Of a stretch of DNA of 64,000 bases, positions 27,252 to 35,770 are shown piece by piece. Origin of the DNA: a phage; the sequence record PQ374922.1. One strand, given 5' to 3'. A program made the position numbers and the translations under genes. The notes under the pieces were generated by a model. It was not told the DNA's origin and made no database searches. It saw nothing but the letters and a program-made list of their open reading frames with translations. How positions within the stretch are numbered: position 1 is the stretch's first letter; every line of letters begins with the position of its first letter.

Positions 27252-27662
27252 TCAATAGAGGTCTTCGGAAAAGAGTTCGCGGAAAGGGGTTGTCTTCAGG
27301 CGCACCTGATTGATCTGTCCAGCTTCACGGGCTACGATGCATGCCTCTTCACGAGTGAGGAAGTTGCCCTGGTTGTCGATGAATCCCTGTTCGCGGGTAT
27401 GGATGGATTTAATGACGCCTGCTTCTTTCAGGATCTTGAGCTGGCTGTTCATGAATTTGCTATGGTGACGGTCGGCAACGACGATCACGTCACCATATTT
27501 GTTGGCGGCAGCGACCACACGGCGCTCCCAGGCACCTTCGACAGGAAGTTCACGAGTGTACAATGGAATCATCGTATCGCCGATGTCATCCCCTTTCACC
27601 TGTGAGAACAACTTGCCTTCAGTGCCCGTTGGGAGTTCACGAAAATATCCCAGTAATTTCAT
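27252..27662 (-). CDS. Hypothetical protein (136 aa)
   Basis: ORF; no motif recognised. Confidence 0.5.
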   Translation of the reverse strand: MKLLGYFRELPTGTEGKLFSQVKGDDIGDTMIPLYTRELPVEGAWERRVVAAANKYGDVIVVADRHHSKFMNSQLKILKEAGVIKSIHTREQGFIDNQGNFLTREEACIVAREAGQINQVRLKTTPFRELFSEDLY

Positions 27663-27979
27663 AATCTATTCAATCCAAATTTCAGGTTCAGATATGTCGA
27701 CCATATCCACTGTCTGGTTCTTCAGATCATGGAAACGGTCGCCGAGGAATTGTATTTTGCCGTCGGTCAGGAACAGATGGCAAATGATGCTGGATCAGTT
27801 GTATTCACCAGCAGGCTCGGTGTGAACGCAAGAGCAACGACATTGTTGTTCCACATCCACATCAAGACCTTGGATTTCGCCCTTAATGCGATACAGATGA
27901 AGTATATCACACCCAGGACAATGAAAATACAAGGAATCATCCATAGACAGAAGTTTAGGACTCAGAAGCTATGTTATGA

Positions 27980-28267
27980 TCAACCCTCTACAGTAGCATC
28001 GGGATCGTAGGGGCGCAGTTCACCAACCAGTTTCGGAAAGAGTGCAATCCCGAACAGGTTGAAAGAACGCATAGTGCCTACCATTGCAACATCTTCCCCT
28101 TCCTCGATATCTTTCAGGGCGCACATTGGGTAATATTCATCGACCTCTGGGTCTTCCGTCTCACCATAGAGACCAAACGCCACCTCTTCTTTGATAAAGC
28201 GAGGAACCAGGAAATCAAATAGGAAAATGATGAATACCACAGGTGCCGCAGAACGGAGATAGAACAT
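27980..28267 (-). CDS. Hypothetical protein with N-terminal hydrophobic segment (95 aa)
   Basis: AAPVVFIIFLFDFLV hydrophobic stretch. Confidence 0.4.
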   Translation of the reverse strand: MFYLRSAAPVVFIIFLFDFLVPRFIKEEVAFGLYGETEDPEVDEYYPMCALKDIEEGEDVAMVGTMRSFNLFGIALFPKLVGELRPYDPDATVEG

Positions 28268-28306
28268 AGCACAACCCTCCAGGTGAGGAGGGCGAACCCT
28301 CCTATG

Positions 28307-29638
28307 TTAAAGGCCAAGAGCCTTTTCAAGGTCATCAAGGTCTTCAGTGTAAAGATCGATGTCCTCTTTCTTACTTAATTCCTTGTGCTGTGCTTCAAGG
28401 TTCTCAATCTGCTTCAGTAGGCGCTCACGGGCGTCCAGAGTAATAGACGACAGAGGCATCTTGAACAACTCGTCAAGATCACCACCAAAGTCCGGGTGGT
28501 CCTGCATGAACAGAGACTTCAGCACGTCAATCTTTTGGCGGAGATCAACACGCGTCGCCCATTCAATGAACACCGCCCGGTCACCCAGCTTGCGGATCCT
28601 GTCTGCCATGTCCTTCAACAGATACTGGCGACGGTCTTCATACCGTGACAGGCGATAATTGAAGAACGGCAGCAACATGTCCCGCCAACCAGAATAACGA
28701 TGAATAACACCGTCTTCATCCCACGCTGTCCAAACAGGCTTGGTGGCTGAATACAGCTTGAACATCTGCTCAACCTGCTCGTCACTCAGCTTAGAGAGTT
28801 CGCCGCGCTTAAACACAACCGTGATATCCCAGCCATCTTCCGTCGTGTCGTTGGCGTACTCGGTGAGGATACCAGCCTTGTACAGAGGCAGCAACACCTT
28901 GGTCTCATAGGTCTTGGCAAACCAACCCACTGGGACTTCGGTGATATGCAGGGTCGTGGCATTGACCCGACGGAAGATACCACGACTATATGCTCTTCCT
29001 TCCTCAGTATAGCCTGTCTCTCCTTTGAAGCCGTTCCAGTACGGTTTTAAGTCTTTCGGGTCTTCGCCACGGAGAAGCGCTCTCAGGGCATTCAGCACGG
29101 ACTTAACGCAATGACACGGGGTGTCGGTGGAATATCCGGTGCCGATACCATTGATCCCATTCACCAGGAACATGGGTAGGATGGGCAGAAAGAACTTCGG
29201 CTCCAGCCTTTCTTCACCAAGGTAGTTGTATTCCAAGATACCCTCATCCTCCTTGCGGAAGATCTTGCGGATAACGTCAGATACAGCGACGGATATGTAT
29301 CGGGCAGATGAAGCATCACGCCCCATGATAGAACCAAACTGGCCATCGCGGTCAAAGTACGGGATGTTGTTCGTGCCTGGGAACCCCTGAGCCATGTTCA
29401 CGATAGTGCCGCTCATGTTCTCACCACCAGACTTGTAGTTGGTGCGAGCGGCGGCGAACATACCAAGGCGGTCAACGATCTCCTCCTTGTTGTACTCAAG
29501 AGCAGCAAAGAGGATCTTGCGCTGGCTTGGCTTGAGGCTGTCAATCAGCTGAGGGATTTGACGGATGCTGTTGACCACAGAAAACTGCTTATGGTCAGTG
29601 TTGACAAAGTCCGTTACAGTAATGCTCTTAGCAACCAT
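28307..29638 (-). CDS. 52: DNA topoisomerase II medium subunit (gp52, GyrA-like)
   Basis: LKPSQRKILFAALEY...YFDRDGQFGSIMGRDASSARYI matches T4 gp52. Start set to the ATG at 29638, which has a GAGG RBS and sits just after the gp39 stop. Confidence 0.9.
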   Translation of the reverse strand: MVAKSITVTDFVNTDHKQFSVVNSIRQIPQLIDSLKPSQRKILFAALEYNKEEIVDRLGMFAAARTNYKSGGENMSGTIVNMAQGFPGTNNIPYFDRDGQFGSIMGRDASSARYISVAVSDVIRKIFRKEDEGILEYNYLGEERLEPKFFLPILPMFLVNGINGIGTGYSTDTPCHCVKSVLNALRALLRGEDPKDLKPYWNGFKGETGYTEEGRAYSRGIFRRVNATTLHITEVPVGWFAKTYETKVLLPLYKAGILTEYANDTTEDGWDITVVFKRGELSKLSDEQVEQMFKLYSATKPVWTAWDEDGVIHRYSGWRDMLLPFFNYRLSRYEDRRQYLLKDMADRIRKLGDRAVFIEWATRVDLRQKIDVLKSLFMQDHPDFGGDLDELFKMPLSSITLDARERLLKQIENLEAQHKELSKKEDIDLYTEDLDDLEKALGL

Positions 29639-29639
29639 C

Positions 29640-31550
29640 TTATTCATCCTCAGTTTCAAACAGGCAAACATCGCTAAACCAGGTTTTGCGGTAATCGGCG
29701 GCCTCATCACCGAAGCCATTCTTCAGTGACTGTTGGTAGCCATCGTCCAGCGTGACCGTCGTAGTATACGCATCCAGGTTGTTTAGAATACGTTTGAAGT
29801 CTTCAGTGCTGTTACCACCAAGACCTTTCAGATATTTCTTCTTCGTGATCTTCTTGGCATCAGGCGTCTTCAGGAACTCCTCATACTCGGCGTTGTTCAT
29901 GAACTCATGCATCACCTTACCACACCACACACGCATGTAAGGGGTGCGCAGGAGCTTCAGCCTGCCCTGACGGACATACTCCGGCCAGTAGGTGCAATAC
30001 AGGGTGATCAACAACCCACGGATGTGGATGCCGTCATCGTCCGCATCGGTAGCCACAACAGTCTGTGGGTAACGGGTGATATCAAGGGGCTGGCCTGGCA
30101 CTGCGCCGCCATGGATCGTACACAGGTTCTTGAACTCTTCATTGTTCATCACCTTTGAGCGCGGAGCGTTCAGGCAGTTGATGAACTTACCACGAAGCGG
30201 GAACAACCCGATCTTCTTGGTGTCGCGGGCGTTCAGGATAGGATTGGAGGCACTATCACCCTCTGTCAGCAACAGGGAGCATCCGCTGCGGTCACCACGG
30301 GCGGTCGCCGGGTAATACTTCTCAATCTCACGATAATCTCGCTTGCTGATGTCCTTCTTGGCCTTTTCAAACTCAGCATCATCCTGCTCATTGCGCAGGG
30401 AAGCCAGTTCTTTGCTCAGACCAGCCGTAACGAACTCAAGCGCCTTGCGGATCAGTTTATCACTGGGCTTGTACGACGTACCGAACTGGCTGACAGGAGT
30501 GGTCATGCGCTCCTTGGTCTGGCTGTCAAAGCGCGGGTTGTTGATGTCGGCGGCGATGAACAAGGACATGTGGTTCTTGATCATTGCTGGCTTCAGTTCG
30601 GTCTTGAACTTCTTCACCAGCTGGGGACGAATCGCTGCCACGATCTGGTCAGCAACATAATCAACGTGAGGACCACCGATGTGGGTGGCAATAGAGTTCA
30701 CGTATGATGCGTGCATGAACGTACCGGATGAAGGGGCTACAGCAACAGACCAATCCCCGGTTTCGTCAACAGCCGAACCAGCATGGAAGTAATCAACGAA
30801 GTGGCCAAAGCGGTCAATCCGGATTTGCTTCCCGTTGAGAACAATCTTCAGGCGCGGGTTACACGCAGCCACTTCAAACGCGCGGCGATAGATCATCAGA
30901 AGGTTGTTCTGGTCAAGCCCTTTGACGCCCAGACGAGCATAGTCAGGGATCCAGGCGATGGATGTGCCAGGACTGTTCACGTTGCTGATGACTGGGTTAG
31001 ATTTCTTGCTCATGTTGTCTTCAAACGTCTGAGTATAAGACTTCTTGCCGTCATTAGTCGTGACGCGAAACCATTTGGAGAACACGTTGACGAGGGACGC
31101 CCCTTCGCCATTCTGACCACCGGACTTCTGGTTGTTGTACTCTTCGTCTTCGTCGTTGAAGTTCGATCCCGCATATAGAGAGCCGAACAACATTTCAGGA
31201 AGCCACTCGTTGGTGACGCCATGCTTGACCACAGGGATACCCCCGTTGTCAGCAACGATGATTTGACCGTTCATCGGGGAAACTGTGACGGTGATTTCCG
31301 TCAGGGATTTGCCCTCAGGGGTCTTGCTGTGGTCAACACAGTTGGTGATGATTTCATCAAACTGTTTGATCAGCGCGGGGGAATACTCAAAGTTGTCACG
31401 GAAGATGACTTTGTCCTTAGTTGGGTCATACACCCACACCGTCCCCACAGACGAACGAATACTGCCCAGATGACGCTCTGGGCGGAGTAGGATATGCTCA
31501 ACGTGAGTGAGCTTCTTGTACTTGCGTTCAATATCAATTTTGTTGGACAT
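29640..31550 (-). CDS. 39: DNA topoisomerase II large subunit, fused gp39/gp60 (GyrB-like)
   Basis: RFDSQTKERMTTP and LLLTEGDSASNPILNARD...LFPLRGK match T4 gp39; 636 aa is consistent with a gp39+gp60 fusion. Confidence 0.9.
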   Translation of the reverse strand: MSNKIDIERKYKKLTHVEHILLRPERHLGSIRSSVGTVWVYDPTKDKVIFRDNFEYSPALIKQFDEIITNCVDHSKTPEGKSLTEITVTVSPMNGQIIVADNGGIPVVKHGVTNEWLPEMLFGSLYAGSNFNDEDEEYNNQKSGGQNGEGASLVNVFSKWFRVTTNDGKKSYTQTFEDNMSKKSNPVISNVNSPGTSIAWIPDYARLGVKGLDQNNLLMIYRRAFEVAACNPRLKIVLNGKQIRIDRFGHFVDYFHAGSAVDETGDWSVAVAPSSGTFMHASYVNSIATHIGGPHVDYVADQIVAAIRPQLVKKFKTELKPAMIKNHMSLFIAADINNPRFDSQTKERMTTPVSQFGTSYKPSDKLIRKALEFVTAGLSKELASLRNEQDDAEFEKAKKDISKRDYREIEKYYPATARGDRSGCSLLLTEGDSASNPILNARDTKKIGLFPLRGKFINCLNAPRSKVMNNEEFKNLCTIHGGAVPGQPLDITRYPQTVVATDADDDGIHIRGLLITLYCTYWPEYVRQGRLKLLRTPYMRVWCGKVMHEFMNNAEYEEFLKTPDAKKITKKKYLKGLGGNSTEDFKRILNNLDAYTTTVTLDDGYQQSLKNGFGDEAADYRKTWFSDVCLFETEDE

Positions 31551-31599
31551 CGGCCTATCCCGTCAATGGTAAACACACAAGATTATGTATGGGGTCGGC

Positions 31600-32181
31600 T
31601 TATAGACCAAATTTGCTACGCCACTTTTCAACCTTGTGTTCAATAGCGTGCTCCACTTTAATGCGAGTGGCCATCAAAGAGGATCCACGGATCGCCCCTT
31701 CCCCACACCCCATGCGCGCAACATGCTTGATTAGGTCATTGACGAGTTGATCCAATCTGTCTTGACTGCGATAAGGCTGGTTGCACAATCGGATAATCCG
31801 GCCATGATAATGATGGATAAGATTCAGATGCTTTTGAGGATCACGATCAATCAGACGGAACCAGTCTTCTTCCAACAGATTAGAAGAAATATCGTTCACT
31901 GTCGCCATGTGGTTGATGACAGAGTCGATCATTTCGACCTTGTTCAGAGAGCCGCGCATTTGGACGTCGTCATAATCCATGACGTACAGAAGGTCAATAG
32001 CAGAGATAATGACATCAGCAACTTCGCCATTCAACGGCTCGGAAGATACTATGCCATGAAACACATCAGACAGTTCACAGATCTCTTCACCTAGTTTGTT
32101 CAGAACAAACACAGGCGAACGGTCTGGGGTATGAGCAGTGCAGTCATAAGAAGTGTCGACGATAGTGTGTAGAAATTTCAT
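31600..32181 (-). CDS. MazG-like all-alpha NTP pyrophosphohydrolase
   Basis: LNKLGEEICELSD ... GEVADVIISAIDLLYVMDYD fits the MazG EE-x-x-EL / E-x-ADV pattern. Confidence 0.5.
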   Translation of the reverse strand: MKFLHTIVDTSYDCTAHTPDRSPVFVLNKLGEEICELSDVFHGIVSSEPLNGEVADVIISAIDLLYVMDYDDVQMRGSLNKVEMIDSVINHMATVNDISSNLLEEDWFRLIDRDPQKHLNLIHHYHGRIIRLCNQPYRSQDRLDQLVNDLIKHVARMGCGEGAIRGSSLMATRIKVEHAIEHKVEKWRSKFGL

Positions 32182-32681
32182 TTCAAAGTTCCTTGTATGC
32201 GGAGACGATTAATGTGGGCAATGATATAGTCCATAGAGTTTTGAAAACTGTATTTCCCGTTCTGAACATATGCATGGATCAGGGGTAGGCGACTGTACGC
32301 CAATCTGATCTTCAGACGTTCAGGCATTGTCTGGAGTTTCATACTAGTTGCAAATAGGATATCGCGCTTGAATTCTTCGGTAGACGGGTCCAGGACAATG
32401 ACGCGGGAAGCCGCCAATCCCTGTCCATATTGCTTGGCCTCATAACCGTCGAGCAGGCGCAGGTTGTCATCCCTATACTTCAGCCAATACCAGTACCCCT
32501 CCATGGAGTTAAACACACCATGTTCATGGGTAGTCATTGGATGATGGGTAAAATGCGAGAGGAAGCGCCCGAGTTCCGTCTGGCTCCGGCTGTAGATGTT
32601 GAAGTGATTCTTACCCTCTGTTGCAGGGGTCATCTTGTTCTGTGGAACGCTCATTAACAGCATCATGATGTAGTTTCTCAA
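32178..32681 (-). CDS. Hypothetical protein (167 aa)
   Basis: ATGA overlap with the MazG-like gene. Confidence 0.5.
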   Translation of the reverse strand: MRNYIMMLLMSVPQNKMTPATEGKNHFNIYSRSQTELGRFLSHFTHHPMTTHEHGVFNSMEGYWYWLKYRDDNLRLLDGYEAKQYGQGLAASRVIVLDPSTEEFKRDILFATSMKLQTMPERLKIRLAYSRLPLIHAYVQNGKYSFQNSMDYIIAHINRLRIQGTLK

Positions 32682-32682
32682 A

Positions 32683-32904
32683 TCAAAGTATTGCTGTGTG
32701 CAGCCAGTTTATTTCTTCACACCCCAAATAGGAGCAGAGTAAACCGACAACAGAAAATATAATGGCAAGAAGGTAACGAGTCACCTGCATTTGTGGTGTT
32801 GTAAGCAGGCCGATAACGCTTTCGAGCGCCAGGAACAAACACACCCCAGCGATTACACCGAATTTGAACGAATTACGTTCTCTGTTAATTCTGAACTTGT
32901 ACAT
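32683..32904 (-). CDS. Small membrane protein (73 aa, two TM helices)
   Basis: Hydrophobic segments FGVIAGVCLFLALESVIGLL and LLAIIFSVVGLLCSYL. Confidence 0.4.
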   Translation of the reverse strand: MYKFRINRERNSFKFGVIAGVCLFLALESVIGLLTTPQMQVTRYLLAIIFSVVGLLCSYLGCEEINWLHTAIL

Positions 32905-32953
32905 TGCGCACCTCCTGTTAGGGAAATAGGGGAGTTTCCTCCCCTGTAACTAT

Positions 32954-33499
32954 CTAGCCCAGAAACACTACTAAAGTCAAATTAGTGAGGGCGCTGCGGC
33001 CTTCCCGCAGCATTTCATGCGCAGATGCAAGGCGCTTGGGGTCATGCAATGTATCAGAGAACACGATGATGTTTGCTTTATCGATGCCCGTGCCCATGTA
33101 ATGGGAGATGGTTGTCGTGTGCTGTTTCTTGTCTACATCGGGCAATGATACATCCGCGCCTGCTCGGGAGCGGAAGAAAGAATCGCGTTCACTAACGCTA
33201 TGGAAGACTCCCATGATGTTGAGGTTGTTCTCTGTCTGGAAATCATAGGACAGAATCTTCTTCAGCGCGGCGGTGTGCCCAGTCTGGCGCAGCATGCGAT
33301 AGTACAGTATGTTTCCAGGACAGGTGGGGTCCGTCACACCTCCCCTCGATTGGCGATCTTTCTGGATTTCATACGCATCCAGGATAAGTTGTTGGACCAT
33401 TTCAATATGGGCAGTCAGGGAGATTTCGACTTTACGTTTGACCATGGATTTCATTTGGTGTATCCTCAGATAGGTTCCGCTCATGGGGAACGGTTCCAT
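32954..33499 (-). CDS. Hypothetical protein (181 aa)
   Basis: ORF; start probably internal (MKSMVKRK). Confidence 0.5.
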   Translation of the reverse strand: MEPFPMSGTYLRIHQMKSMVKRKVEISLTAHIEMVQQLILDAYEIQKDRQSRGGVTDPTCPGNILYYRMLRQTGHTAALKKILSYDFQTENNLNIMGVFHSVSERDSFFRSRAGADVSLPDVDKKQHTTTISHYMGTGIDKANIIVFSDTLHDPKRLASAHEMLREGRSALTNLTLVVFLG

Positions 33500-33521
33500 T
33501 ATACACCAAATGCTGGAAATG

Positions 33522-33545
33522 AAAAAGAGGCCGGAGCCTCTTTTG
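33522..33545. terminator. Bidirectional hairpin terminator (GAGGCCGGAGCCTC flanked by A-run and T-run)
   Basis: aaaaaGAGGCCGGAGCCTCtttt; the same hairpin core recurs at 35737. Confidence 0.55.
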
Positions 33546-33572
33546 TTAACCCATGATCATCGCGTTCATGGC

Positions 33573-33830
33573 TCATTCCTCTTCATATTTGCCTGTCCTG
33601 AAGTTCCACTTTCGCGCATTCTTCAGGTCGAGGTCTTTGAAGATGTTTCCAAAGATCTTTTGGAAGGAGGTCTGCTCTTGTTCTTCCTCAAGATCCTTGG
33701 GCTTCTTGACAGGCTCTTTCACCATACCGCCTTCGGGTTTCCCCACATCGGCGGTCGTGGTTCCAGGGGCTGCTGAGTCTTCAAGGAAGTCCTGGAAGCC
33801 TTTCATGATTAGACCGCAGCCATTTCGCAA
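33573..33830 (-). CDS. Hypothetical small protein (85 aa)
   Basis: ORF; Lys/Glu-rich. Confidence 0.4.
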   Translation of the reverse strand: MRNGCGLIMKGFQDFLEDSAAPGTTTADVGKPEGGMVKEPVKKPKDLEEEQEQTSFQKIFGNIFKDLDLKNARKWNFRTGKYEEE

Positions 33831-34618
33831 CGAGTAGAGGTCACAGAGTGGCCGTCAGCGTCTTCAACAACACACCAGTACTCACCCTCGTTTTCGGCAG
33901 CAACTGCAGTGATAACCAGGCTCGCAGTTGCAGCAGTGGGGTTAGTGCCAGCATCGATCACCTCACCTTCACCACCAGGGACATCAGAGAAGTACCAAGT
34001 ATGTGTGTATGGGGTAGTGCCGCCTGTAGCAGCGATGGTGAAGGTTGCGGATTCACCTGTTGTTACATCCTGAGAAGCGGCCAGATCGGTAGACAGAGAC
34101 AGAGCGCCAGCCACTGTGATGACGGTAGAGTCAGTGTGGTCACCTTCGATGGTTACACCGTAAACAGTCACTGAACCCGGCGCCAGTAGCTTGAATTTAC
34201 CACCACCGATGTGCACAGCTTTGGTCAGATCGCCAGAGTACCAGTTGACACCCTGGTAGGTCGCGTTCTCCGGAGCGACGACCGCCTTCAGTTCAACAAC
34301 CTGACCGACTTCACCATTAGCAGTTTCAGGGGTGATGGTCAGGCCAGTGGTCAGTACAGCGCTTGGGTCGTGGATTTCATAAGACAGCTGGAAGCCAACG
34401 GGCTTGGTTGGATCCACTTTGGTGACGCCATCGGCCTGCAAATTGCTCTTGGTCAGCAGTGCATCCAGACCTTTACACTCAGTCAGGATCTCGTCTGGGT
34501 CTTGGTTAAGACTGGTCTTTTCCCAACCCCGAGCAGTACCTGTTACAGTGTGAAGACGCTCAGTTTCCGGTTTGTTGCGAACAACTTCCGGTGCTACTAA
34601 TACAGTGATCGTTGGCAT
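33809..34618 (-). CDS. Ig-like domain surface protein (Hoc-like capsid or virion decoration protein)
   Basis: Big_2-like segment SVTVYGVTIEGDHTDSTVITV and I-set-like GEYWCVVEDADGHSVTSTRCE; ATG at 34618 with GGAGG RBS. Confidence 0.55.
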   Translation of the reverse strand: MPTITVLVAPEVVRNKPETERLHTVTGTARGWEKTSLNQDPDEILTECKGLDALLTKSNLQADGVTKVDPTKPVGFQLSYEIHDPSAVLTTGLTITPETANGEVGQVVELKAVVAPENATYQGVNWYSGDLTKAVHIGGGKFKLLAPGSVTVYGVTIEGDHTDSTVITVAGALSLSTDLAASQDVTTGESATFTIAATGGTTPYTHTWYFSDVPGGEGEVIDAGTNPTAATASLVITAVAAENEGEYWCVVEDADGHSVTSTRCEMAAV

Positions 34619-34989
34619 GGTTTCCTCCACTCATCCAAATCGTTGTTCAGAGCCATCATCAGCTCATTATCTGGTTCGTATGAACCGGAACATAAATCAT
34701 CGCGCCATACGCCTAATGTCAACAAAGCAGCCTTGAGGCGTGGCAACTGGGTCTTATCCACCTTCAAAACGAGCATGCGGCAAGCAGCCTCTGTTTCGAA
34801 CGTATTGAAGACAGTAATCAATTGATTGAGAATCAACCGAGGACTCTTACCAGGGACAAATCTCTTCAATGATTGATTAATTAGCGAAATCCGCTGAATG
34901 TCTACCAGCAGTTCATCCCACGAGACAGAATCTACAATATAATGCCTCAGTGCATAATCCATCAAGTTGCTTTCGTCAACGATAGGCAT
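34597..34989 (-). CDS. Hypothetical protein (130 aa)
   Basis: ORF upstream of the Ig-like gene. Confidence 0.45.
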   Translation of the reverse strand: MPIVDESNLMDYALRHYIVDSVSWDELLVDIQRISLINQSLKRFVPGKSPRLILNQLITVFNTFETEAACRMLVLKVDKTQLPRLKAALLTLGVWRDDLCSGSYEPDNELMMALNNDLDEWRKPCQRSLY

Positions 34990-35019
34990 ATTGAATAAGT
35001 TCAGCTGTTGTACGTCGGC

Positions 35020-35445
35020 TTATTTAATCTGCAATTTTTCGATCAGCTTCGCAATCAGCTGAATGCGATCTTCTTCTGTGATACCCAGCGGCGCAGCCAA
35101 CAACTTGAGATCGTCAACCCCCAACAGGTTCAGAGTCTCGACTATGATGTTGGTTTCAATCACAGCCCCGGTTTCAAACGGCTTGCCGAACTTGTCGCGA
35201 CCATAACGCTTGAGGGTCGCAGCCAGCCCTGGAAGCTCCTGGAGGAGTTCCTTCGTGCCGTCTTGGTATTCGCACACCCAACCGTACCCGCCAGCGTAGA
35301 CGACGCCTCCGTCTCCCCCTGGAGGGATGTTATCGATGGCGCGTTGTAGGTAGGTAGGCAACACACCTTCCTCCTTCGCCTGGATGTCATCGACTGGGGC
35401 TTCGGTTTTGATTTCAACTTTCTTGACTTCTGGTTTCTTGGCCAT
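35020..35445 (-). CDS. Hypothetical protein (141 aa)
   Basis: ORF; Lys/Glu-rich termini. Confidence 0.5.
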   Translation of the reverse strand: MAKKPEVKKVEIKTEAPVDDIQAKEEGVLPTYLQRAIDNIPPGGDGGVVYAGGYGWVCEYQDGTKELLQELPGLAATLKRYGRDKFGKPFETGAVIETNIIVETLNLLGVDDLKLLAAPLGITEEDRIQLIAKLIEKLQIK

Positions 35446-35719
35446 GTTCGGTTCTCCTATAGACTGTTACGTATTTACCACAGCAATTACAGCAGTACAC
35501 GTGCATTGCGTAACCATCATCTGTGAAATCACATCCACCACAGCGACAGAACAATTTCACGAACTGGTCACCATGCACTTCACGGGGTGGGAATTGTTTG
35601 TGTGAGTATTCCCTCATCTCCCCTTCAAACTGGAAGGAGTCTATCAAGAATTTGTCTGTCACACGATGCGAGCCATACGTCTGTCTTGCATATTTGAAGT
35701 AGACATCAGTGGTTAACAT
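35414..35719 (-). CDS. Cys-rich small protein (101 aa)
   Basis: CRCGGCDF...YCCNCCGKY cysteine cluster. Confidence 0.45.
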   Translation of the reverse strand: MLTTDVYFKYARQTYGSHRVTDKFLIDSFQFEGEMREYSHKQFPPREVHGDQFVKLFCRCGGCDFTDDGYAMHVYCCNCCGKYVTVYRRTEHGQETRSQES

Positions 35720-35729
35720 ATCGACCTCA

Positions 35730-35753
35730 AAGAAAAGGAGGCCGGAGCCTCCT
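35730..35753 (-). terminator. Rho-independent terminator downstream of rIIB
   Basis: GGAGGCCGGAGCCTCC hairpin followed on the minus strand by a T-run. Confidence 0.55.
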
Positions 35754-35770
35754 TGGTGGATGGGGTTTGG

